Below are positions 30,001 through 40,900 of a stretch of DNA of 64,000 bases, piece after piece. The DNA is taken from the NCBI GenBank assembly GCA_032718475.1, contig JAUCBJ010006506.1, forward strand, positions 52,953-116,952, in the 5' to 3' direction. Source of the stretch: Nemertoderma westbladi (taxonomy: Eukaryota > Animalia > Xenacoelomorpha). Position 1 is the stretch's first letter. Every line of letters starts with the position of its first letter. Made by a program: the position numbers and the translations under genes. Under the pieces are notes generated by a model. The model searched no databases and had not been told where the DNA came from. It worked only from the letters and a program-made list of their open reading frames with translations.

Positions 30001-33000
30001 GGTACCAATGGATAGAGAGAGGTCAAACAATAGTTCGCATTAACATAAAAAATAAATAGGTACCAATGGATAGAGAGAGGTCAAACAATAGTTCGTATTA
30101 ACCTAAAAAATAAATAGGTACCAATGGATAGAGAGAGGTCAAACAATAGTTCGTATTAACATAAAAAATAAATAGGTACCAATGGATAGAGAGAGGTCAA
30201 ACAATAGTTCGTATTAACATAAAAAATAAATAGGTACCAATGGATAGAGAGAGGTCAAACAATAGTTCGTATTAACATAAAAAATAAATAGGTACCAATG
30301 GATAGAGAGATCAAACAATAGTTCGTATTAACATAAAAAATAAATAGGTACCAATGGATAGAGAGAGGTCAAACAATAGTTCGTATTAACATAAAAAATA
30401 AATAGGTACCAATGGATAGAGAGAGGTCAAACAATAGTTCGTATTAACATAAAAAATAAATAGGTACCAATGGATAGAGAGAGGTCAAACAATAGTTCGC
30501 ATTAACATAAAAAATAAATAGGTACCAATGGATAGAGAGAGGTCAAACAATAGTTCGTATTAACATAAAAAATAAATAGGTACCAATGGATAGAGAGAGG
30601 TCAAACAATAGTTCGTATTAACATAAAAAATAAATAGGTACCAATGGATAGAGAGAGGTCAAACAATAGTTCGTATTAACATAAAAAATAAATAGGTACC
30701 AATGGATAGAGAGAGGTCAAACAATAGTTCGTATTAACATAAAAAATAAATAGGTACCAATGGATAGAGAGAGGTCAAACAATAGTTCGCATTAACATAA
30801 AAAATAAATAGGTACCAATGGATAGAGAGATCAAACAATAAATAGGTACCAATGGATAGAGAGAGGTCAAACAATAGTTCGTATTAACATAAAAAATAAA
30901 TAGGTACCAATGGATAGAGAGAGGTCAAACAATAGTTCGTATTAACATAAAAAATAAATAGGTACCAATGGATAGATAGAGGTCAAACAATAGTTCGTAT
31001 TAACATAAAAAATAAATAGGTACCAATGGATAGAGAGAGGTCAAACAATAGTTCGCATTAACATAAAAAATAAATAGGTACCAATGGATAGAGAGATCAA
31101 ACAATAAATAGGTACCAATGGATAGAGAGGTCAAACAATAGTTCGCATTAACCTAAAAAATAAATAGGTACCAATGGATAGAGAGAGGTCAAACAATAAA
31201 TAGGTACCAATGGATAGAGAGAGATCAAACAATAGTTCGCATTAACCTAAAAAATAAATAGGTACCAATGGATAGAGAGGTCAAACAATAGTTCGCATTA
31301 ACATAAAAAATAAATAGGTACCAATGGATAGAGAGGTCAAACAATAGTTCGTATTAACATAAAAAATAAATAGGTACCAATGGATAGAGAGATCAAACAA
31401 TAAATAGGTACCAATGGATAGAGAGGTCAAACAATAGTTCGTATTAACATAAAAAATAAATAGGTAACAATGGATAGAGAGATCAAAAAATAAATAGGTA
31501 CCAATGGATAGAGAGAGGTCAAACAATAGTTCGCATTAACCTAAAAAATAAATAGGTACCAATGGATAGAGAGAGGTCAAACAATAAATAGGTACCAATG
31601 GATAGAGAGAGGTCAAACAATAGTTCGCATTAACCTAAAAAATAAATAGGTACCAATGGATAGAGAGATCAAACAATAAATAGGTACCAATGGATAGAGA
31701 GAGGTCAAACAATAGTTCGCATTAACCTAAAAAATAAATAGGTACCAATGGATAGAGAGAGGTCAAACAATAAATAGGTACCAATGGATAGAGAGAGGTC
31801 AAACAATAGTTCGCATTAACCTAAAAAATAAATAGGTACCAATGGATAGAGAGAGGTCAAACAATAAATAGGTACCAATGGATAGAGAGAGGTCAAACAA
31901 TAAATAGGTACCAATGGATAGAGAGGTCAAACAATAAATAGGTACCAATGGATAGAGAGAGGTCAAACAATAGTTCGCATTAACCTAAAAAATAAATAGG
32001 TACCAATGTATAGAGAGAGGTCAAACAATAAATAGGTACCAATGGATAGAGAGAGGTCAAACAATAAATAGGTACCAATGGATAGAGAGGTCAAACAATA
32101 AATAGGTACCAATGGATAGAGAGGTCAAACAATAGTTCGCATTAACCTAAAAAATAAATAGGTACCAATGGATAGAGAGGTCAAACAATAAATAGGTACC
32201 AATGGATAGAGAGGTCAAACAATAGTTCGCATTAACCTAAAAAATAAATAGGTACCAATGGATAGAGAGAGGTCAAACAATAAATAGGTACCAATGGATA
32301 GAGAGGTCAAACAATAGTTCGCATTAACCTAAAAAATAAATAGGTACCAATGGATAGAGAGAGGTCAAACAATAAATAGGTACCAATGGATAGAGAGAGG
32401 TCAAACAATAAATAGGTACCAATGGATAGAGAGGTCAAACAATAAATAGGTACCAATGGATAGAGAGAGGTCAAACAATAGTTCGCATTAACCTAAAAAA
32501 TAAATAGGTACCAATGTATAGAGAGAGGTCAAACAATAAATAGGTACCAATGGATAGAGAGAGGTCAAACAATAAATAGGTACCAATGGATAGAGAGGTC
32601 AAACAATAAATAGGTACCAATGGATAGAGAGGTCAAACAATAGTTCGCATTAACCTAAAAAATAAATAGGTACCAATGGATAGAGAGGTCAAACAATAAA
32701 TAGGTACCAATGGATAGAGAGGTCAAACAATAGTTCGCATTAACCTAAAAAATAAATAGGTACCAATGGATAGAGAGGTCAAACAATAGTTCGCATTAAC
32801 ATAAAAAATAAATAGGTACCAATGGATAGAGAGGTCAAACAATAGTTCGCATTAACCTAAAAAATAAATAGGTACCAATGGATAGAGAGGTCAAACAATA
32901 GTTCGCATTAACCTAAAAAATAAATAGGTACCAATGGATAGAGAGGTCAAACAATAGTTCGTATTAACCTAAAAAATAAATAGGTACCAATGGATAGAGA

Positions 33001-34167
33001 GGTCAAACAATAGTTCGCATTAACATAAAAAATAAATAGGTACCAATGGATAGAGAGGTCAAACAATAGTTCGCATTAACCTAAAAAATAAATAGGTACC
33101 AATGGATAGAGAGAGGTCAAACAATAGTTCGTATTAACATAAAAAATAAATAGGTACCAATGGATAGAGAGAGGTCAAACAATAGTTCGTATTAACATAA
33201 AAAATAAATAGGTACCAATGGATAGAGAGAGGTCAAACAATAGTTCGTATTAACATAAAAAATAAATAGGTACCAATGGATAGAGAGAGGTCAAACAATA
33301 GTTCGCATTAACATAAAAAATAAATAGGTACCAATGGATAGAGAGAGGTCAAACAATAGTTCGTATTAACATAAAAAATAAATAGGTACCAATTGATAGA
33401 GAGAGGTCAAACAATAGTTCGTATTAACATAAAAAATAAATAGGTACCAATGGATAGAGAGAGGTCAAACAATAGTTCGTATTAACATAAAAAATAAATA
33501 GGTACCAATGGATAGAGAGAGGTCAAACAATAGTTCGTATTAACATAAAAAATAAATAGGTACCAATGGATAGAGAGAGGTCAAACAATAGTTCGTATTA
33601 ACATAAAAAATAAATAGGTACCAATTGATAGAGAGAGGTCAAACAATAGTTCGTATTAACATAAAAAATAAATAGGTACCAATGGATAGAGAGAGGTCAA
33701 ACAATAGTTCGTATTAACATAAAAAATAAATAGGTACCAATGGATAGAGAGAGGTCAAACAATAGTTCGTATTAACATAAAAAATAAATAGGTACCAATG
33801 GATAGAGAGAGGTCAAACAATAGTTCGTATTAACATAAAAAATAAATAGGTACCAATGGATAGAGAGAGGTCAAACAATAGTTCGCATTAACCTAAAAAA
33901 TAAATAGGTACCAATGGATAGAGAGAGGTCAAACAATAGTTCGTATTAACATAAAAAATAAATAGGTACCAATGGATAGAGAGAGGTCAAACAATAGTTC
34001 GTATTAACATAAAAAATAAATAGGTACCAATGGATAGAGAGAGGTCAAACAATAGTTCGTATTAACATAAAAAATAAATAGGTACCAATGGATAGAGAGA
34101 GGTCAAACAATAGTTCGTATTAACCTAAAAAATAAATAGGTACCAATGGATAGAGAGGTCAAACAAT
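1..34167. repeat. Intronic satellite A, 58/56-bp monomer with 34-36-bp deletion variants, roughly 600 copies, truncated by the window start
   Basis: Consensus + strand GGTCAAACAATAGTTCG(T/C)ATTAAC(A/C)TAAAAAATAAATAGGTACCAATGGATAGAGAGA. TACCAATGG recurs at 1, 59 and 93 (periods 58 and 34). Almost every unit carries a GGTACC. The array ends at about 34167. Confidence 0.99.
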
Positions 34168-34253
34168 TTAAATAGATACTAAACTGTGTAAAAAACAAAC
34201 AAACAAATATTTGAATAGCCTAAACAAAGATAGTCAATTAAGACTATACTTAC
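1..34253 (-). other. Intron 3 (phase 2) of the SLC1 gene, partial, >34 kb
   Basis: Donor AA|GTAAGT at 34253 on the minus strand. Only 34168-34253 is non-repetitive. The acceptor is not in the window. Confidence 0.85.
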
Positions 34254-34426
34254 TTGAGAACAACAAGGTTGAACTGGGTCACCATTTGTATAAACACTTG
34301 ACAATCTTTTTGAACACTACCAGCTGTAACTCCAACAGCTATACTGAATACCATACAACCGAGTAGATTCATATTGGAGGTGGTCCTCTGAACATATCCG
34401 GTAAACTCCCAGTCAGAGTCATTCAT
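34254..34426 (-). CDS. SLC1/EAAT-family transporter, coding exon 3 (173 nt; absent from the ORF track)
   Basis: Manual translation: ttctgcag|MNDSDWEFTGYVQRTTSNMNLLGCMVFSIAVGVTAGSVQKDCQVFIQMVTQFNLVVL+AA|gtaagt. This resembles the EAAT 'MNVLGLIVFSIVFG...FF..LNE..M' region and joins exon 2 in phase 0. Confidence 0.9.
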
Positions 34427-34513
34427 CTGCAGAATAAATCCTTAAGTTTAAAAAAAAAGGTTAATTATTGAATAAAGAAAGTCGCACTCACACAAGATTG
34501 CTAAGATAGAGAG

Positions 34514-37500
34514 ATATTGATGGAACGTTCAGAACTATCTAATTTATATTGCGGGAACGTTCAAAACTATCTCATTTATATTGAAGGAACGTTCAGAAAT
34601 ATCTAATTTATATTGAAAGAACGTTCAGAACTATCTAATTTATTGTGAAGGAACGTTCCGTGCAAACCTGTTTATATTGAAGGAACGTTCCGTGCTAACC
34701 TGTTTATATTGCAGGAACGTTCAAAACTATCTAATTTATATTGAAGGAACGTTCAGAACTATCTAATTTATATTGAAAGAACGTTCAGAACTATCTAATT
34801 TATTGTGAAGGAACGTTCCGTGCAAACCTGTTTATATTGAAGGAACGTTCCGTGCTAACCTGTTTATATTGCAGGAACGTTCAAAACTATCTAATTTATA
34901 TTGAAGGAACGTTCAGAACTATCTAATTTATATTGAAAGGACGTTCAGAACTATCTAATTTATTGTGAAGGAACGTTCCGTGCAAACCTGTTTATATTGA
35001 AGGAACGTTCAAAATTATCTAATTTATATTGAAGGAACTTTCAGAACTATCTAAATTATATTGAAGGAACGTTCAAAACTATCTGATTTATATTGAAGGA
35101 ACGTTCAGAACTATCTAATTTATATTTCAGGAACGTTCAAAACTATCTAATTTATATTGAAGGAACGTTCAGAACTATCTAATTTATATTGAAGGAACGT
35201 TCAGAACTATCTAATTTATATTTCAGGAACGTTCAAAACTATCTAATTTATATTGAAGGAACGTTCAGAACTATCTAATTTATATTGAAGGAACGTTCCG
35301 CGCAAACCTGTTTATATTGAAGGAACGTTCCGTACTAACCTGTTTATATTGTAGGAACGTTCAAAATTATCTAATTTATATTGAAGGAACTTTCAGAACT
35401 ATCTAAATTATATTGAAGGAACGTTCAAAACTATCTGATTTATATTGAAGGAACGTTCAGAACTATCTAATTGATATTGAAGGAACGTTCAGAACTATCT
35501 AATTGATATTGAAGGAACGTCAGAATTATCTAATTTATTGTGAAGGAACGTTCCGTGCTAACCTGTTTATATTGAAGGAACGTTCCGTGCTAACCTGTTT
35601 ATATTGCAGGAACGTTCAAATCTGTCTAATGTATATTGCAGGAACGTTCAAAACTATCTAATTTATATTGAAGGAACTTTCAGAACTATCTAAATTATAT
35701 TGAAGGAACGTTCAAAACTATCTGATTTATATTGAAGGAACGTTCAGAACTATCTAATTGATATTGAAGGAACGTCAGAATTATCTAATTTATTGTGAAG
35801 GAACGTTCCGTGCTAACCTGTTTATATTGAAGGAACGTTCCGTGCTAACCTGTTTATATTGCAGGAACGTTCAAATCTGTCTAATGTATATTGCAGGAAC
35901 GTTCAAAACTATCTAATTTATATTGAAGGAACGTTTAAAACTATCTAATTTATATTGAAGGAACGTTCAGAACTATCTAATTTATATTTCAGGAACGTTC
36001 AAAACTATCTAATTTATATTGAAGGAACGTTCAGAACTATCTAATTTATATTGAAGGAACGTTCAGAACTATCTAATTTATATTGAAGGAACGTTCAGAA
36101 CTATCTAATTTATATTGCAGGAACGCTCAAAACTATCTAATTTATATTGAAGGAACGTTCAAAAGTATCTAATTTATATTGAAGGAACGTTCAGAATTAT
36201 CTAATTTATATTGAATGAACATTCCGTGCTAACCTGTTTATATTGAAGGAACGTTCCGTGCTAACCTGTTTATATTGAAGGAACGTTCCGTGCTAACCTG
36301 TTTATATTGCAGGAACGTTCAAATCTGTCTAATTTATACTGCAGGAACGTTCAAAACTATCTAATTTATATTGCAGGAACTTTCAAAACTATCTAATTTA
36401 TATTGAAGGAACGTTCAGAACTATCTAATTTATATTGAAGGAACGTTCAGAACTATCTAATTTATATTTCAGGAACGTTCAAAACTATCTAATTTATATT
36501 GAAGGAACGTTCAGAACTATCTAATTTATATTGAAGGAACGTTCAGAACTATCTAATTTATATTGCAGGAACGCTCAAAACTATCTAATTTATATTGAAG
36601 GAACGTTCAAAAGTATCTAATTTATATTGAAAGAACGTTCAGAATTATCTAATTTATATAAGTGTAATTTATATTGAATGAACATTCCGTGCTTACCTGT
36701 TTATATTGAAGAACGTTCCGTGCTAACCTGTTTATATTGCAGGAACGTTCAAAACTATATAATATATATTGAAGGAACGTTCAGAACTATCTAATTTATA
36801 TTGAAGGAACGTTCAGAACTATCTAATTTATATTGAAGGAACGTTCAGAACTATCTAATTTATATTGAAGGAACGTTCAGAATAATCTAATTTATTGTGA
36901 AGGAACGTTCCGTGCTAACCTGTTTATATTGCAGGAACGTTCAAAACTATCTAATTTATATTAAAGGAACGTTCAGAATTATCTAATTTATTGTGAAGGG
37001 ACGTTCCGTGCTAACCTGTTTATATTGCAGGAACGTTCAAAACTATCTAATTTATATTAAAGGAACGTTCAGAATTATCTAATTTATTGTGAAGGGACGT
37101 TCCGTGCTAACCTGTTTATATTGAAGGAACGTTCCGTGCTAACCTGTTTATATTGCAGGAACGTTCAAAACTATCTAATTTATATTGAAGGAACGTTCAG
37201 AATTATCTAATTTATTGAGAAGGAGCGTTCCGTGCTAACCTGTTTATATTGCAGGAACGTTCAAAACTATCTAATTTATATTAAAGGAACGTTCAGAATT
37301 ATCTAATTTATTGTGAAGGGACGTTCCGTGCTAACCTGTTTATATTGCAGGAACGTTCAAAACTATCTAATTTATATTAAAGGAACGTTCAGAATTATCT
37401 AATTTATTGTGAAGGGACGTTCCGTGCTAACCTGTTTATATTGAAGGAACGTTCCGTGCTAACCTGTTTATATTTCAGGAACGTTCATAACTTTCTAATT

Positions 37501-37646
37501 TATATTGAAGGAACGTTCAGAATTATCGAATTTAATGTGAAGGAACGTTCCGTTCTAACCTGTTTATATTGAAGAAACGTTCCAGGCTAACCTGTTTATA
37601 TTGAAGGAACGTTCCAGGCTAACCTGTTTATATTGAAGGAACGTTC
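34514..37646. repeat. Intronic satellite B, 32-bp monomer, about 95-100 copies, overlapping the exon-2 donor
   Basis: Two monomer types: GAAGGAACGTTCAGAACTATCTAATTTATATT and GAAGGAACGTTCCGTGCTAACCTGTTTATATT. The terminal copy overlaps the last 23 nt of exon 2. Confidence 0.98.
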
Positions 37647-37947
37647 TGGTGCTGCCGGTCATGGCACCGATTATATTATCTGGGCACAGGTTGTAGAGAA
37701 GATCAAAGAAGCTATGGACACTAGTCCCTTCTCGCTCGGCAGGGTCCTCTTCAATTTTTACGCCGGATATGGGCAGAGTAACGCCGGGGTTTATTGCTAA
37801 AGCGATCCCGAGTCCACTAGATACCGCGAGCACCGTGGTACCTATGTAGAAGAGGATAACCCTGAGACCAATGGATCCGGTCACACTGGGGTCTAGATTG
37901 GCGACACCGGAAACAAGGCTGCCCATCACAAATGGGAGAATCACCAG
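37624..37947 (-). CDS. SLC1/EAAT-family transporter, coding exon 2 (324 nt)
   Basis: ttacag|LVILPFVMGSLVSGVANLD...GLRVILFYIGTTVLAVSSGLGIALAINPG...SFFDLLYNLCPDNIIGA...FLQYKQ|gttagc. Matches the EAAT motifs 'LVLPLIISSLVTG', 'YYxxTT', 'IHPG' and 'FLDLIRNxFPxNL'. 108 codons, phase 0 at both ends. Confidence 0.95.
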
Positions 37948-40900
37948 CTGTAACGAAGTAAGAACCAATGATTGGGAAAGGTCACCAGCAGTAAAGGAAG
38001 CAAGTAAGATGCAATGATAGGGAAAGGTCAACAGCTGTAAGTAAGTGAGTAAGATACAATGATAGGGAAAGGTCAACTCAACAGCTGTAAGGAAGCAAGT
38101 AAGATGCAATGATAGGGAAAGGTCAACAGCTGTAAGTAAGTGAGTAGGATACAATGATAGGGAAAGGTCAACTCAACAGCTGTAAATAAGTAAGTAAGAT
38201 GCAATGATAGGGAAAGGTCACCAGCTGTAAGGAAGCAAGCAAAATACAATGGTAGGGAAAGGTCACCAGCTGTAAGGAAGCAAGTAAGATACAATGATAG
38301 GGAAAGGTCACCAGCTGTAAGGAAGTAAGTAAGATACAATGATAGGGAAAGGTCAACTCAACAGCTGTAAGGAAGCAAGTAAGATGCAATGATAGGGAAA
38401 GGTCAACAGCTGTAAGTAAGTGAGTAGGATACAATGATAGGGAAAGGTCAACTCAACAGCTGTAAATAAGTAAGTAAGATGCAATGATAGGGAAAGGTCA
38501 CCAGCTGTAAGGAAGCAAGCAAAATACAATGGTAGGGAAAGGTCACCAGCTGTAAGGAAGCAAGTAAGATACAATGATAGGGAAAGGTCACCAGCTGTAA
38601 GGAAGTAAGTAAGATACAATGATAGGGAAAGGTCACCAGCAGTAAAGGAAGCAAGTAAAATACAATGATAGGGAAAGGTCACCAGCAGTAAAGGAAGCAA
38701 GTAAAATACAATGATAGGGAAAGGTCACCAGCAGTAAAGGAAGCAAGTAAAATACAATGATAGGGAAAGGTCACCAGCAGTAAAGGAAGCAAGTAAAATA
38801 CAATGATAGGGAAAGGTCACCAGCAGTAAAGGAAGCAAGTAAAATACAATGATAGGGAAAGGTCACCAGCAGTAAAGGAAGCAAGTAAAATACAATGATA
38901 AGGAAAGGTCACCAGCTGTAAGGAAGTAAGTAAAATACAATGATAAGGAAAGGTCAACAGCTGTAAGGAAATAAGTAAGAACCAATGATTGGGAAAGGTC
39001 AACAGCTGTAAGGAAGTAAGTAAGATACAATGATAGGGAAAGGTCACCAGTTGTAAGGAAGCAAGTAAAATACAATGATAAGGAAAGGTCACCAGCTGTT
39101 AGGAAGTAAGTAAAATACAATGATGAGGAAAGGTCAACAGCTGTAAGGAAATAAGTAAGAACCAATGATTGGGAAAGGTCAACAGCTGTAAGGAAGTAAG
39201 TAAGATACAATGATAGGGAAAGGTCACCAGCAGTAAAGGAAGCAAGTAAAATACAATGATAGGGAGAGGTCACCAGCAGTAAAGGAAGCAAGTAAAATAC
39301 AATGATAGGGAAAGGTCACCAGCAGTAAAGGAAGCAAGTAAAATACAATGATAGGGAAAGGTCACCAGCAGTAAAGGAAGCAAGTAAAATACAATGATAA
39401 GGAAAGGTCACCAGCTGTAAGGAAGTAAGTAAAATACAATGATGAGGAAAGGTCAACAGCTGTAAGGAAATAAGTAAGAACCAATGATTGGGAAAGGTCA
39501 ACAGCTGTAAGGAAGTAAGTAAGATACAATGATAGGGAAAGGTCACCAGTTGTAAGGAAGCAAGTAAGATACAATGATAGGGAAAGGTCACCAGTTGTAA
39601 GGAAGTAAGTAAAATACAATGATGAGGAAAGGTCAACAGCTGTAAGGAAATAAGTAAGAACCAATGATTGGGAAAGGTCAACAGCTGTAAGGAAATAAGT
39701 AAGAACCAATGATTGGGAAAGGTCAACAGCTGTAAGGAAGTAAGTAAGATACAATGATAAGGAAAGGTCACCAGCTGTAAGGAAGTAAGTAAAATACAAT
39801 GATGAGGAAAGGTCAACAGCTGTAAGGAAATAAGTAAGAACCAATGATTGGGAAAGGTCAACAGCTGTAAGGAAGTAAGTAAGAACCAATGATTGGGAAA
39901 GGTCAACAGCTGTAAGGAAGTAAGTAAGATACAATGATAGGGAAAGGTCACCAGTTGTAAGGGAGCAAGTAAAATACAATGATAAGGAAAGGTCAACAGC
40001 TGTAAGGAAGTAAGTAAAATACAATGATAGGGAAAGGTCACCAGCAGTAAAGGAAGCAAGTAAAATACAATGATAGGGAAAGGTCACCAGCAGTAAAGGA
40101 AGCAAGTAAAATACAATGATAGGGAAAGGTCACCAGCAGTAAGGAAATAAGTAAGAACCAATGATTGGGAAAGGTCAACAGCTGTAAGGAAGTAAGTAAG
40201 ATACAATAATAGGGAAAGGTCACCAGCTGTAAGGAAGTAAGTAAGATACAATGATAGGGAAAGGTCACCAGCTGTAAGGAAGTAAGTAAGATACAATGAT
40301 AGGGAAAGGTCACCAGTTGTAAAGGAAGCAAGTAAAATACAATGATAGGGAAAGGTCACCAGCTGTAAGGAAGTAAGTAAAATACAATGATAGGGAAAGG
40401 TCACCAGCAGTAAGGAAGTAAGTAAAATACAATGATAGGGAAAGGTCAACAGCTGTAAGGAAGTAAGTAAAATACAATGATAAGGAAAGGTCAACAGCTG
40501 TAAGGAAGTAAGTAAGATACAATGATAGGGAAAGGTCACCAGCAGTAAAGGAAGCAAGTAAAATACAATGATAAGGAAAGGTCACCAGCAGTAAGGAAGT
40601 AAGTAAGATACAATGATGAGGAAAGGTCAACAGCTGTAAGGAAATAAGTAAGAACCAATGATTGGGAAAGGTCAACAGCTGTAAGGAAGTAAGTAAGATA
40701 CAATGATAGGGAAAGGTCACCAGTTGTAAGGAAGCAAGTAAAATACAATGATGAGGAAAGGTCACCAGCAGTAAGGAAATAAGTAAGAACCAATGATTGG
40801 GAAAGGTCAACAGCTGTAAGGAAGTAAGTAAGATACAATGATAGGGAAAGGTCACCAGCTGTAAGGAAGTAAGTAAGATACAATGATGAGGAAAGGTCAA

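Noticed and set aside
2462-31526. Short minus-strand ORFs (SLSIGTYLFF.../HWYLFIFYVN...)
   Set aside because: They are translations of satellite A that shift frame with monomer length and mostly start at non-ATG codons.
34319-34330. ACCAGCTGTAAC in exon 3 matches the exon-2 acceptor/satellite C
   Set aside because: Only 12 nt, inside constrained coding sequence, so probably chance.
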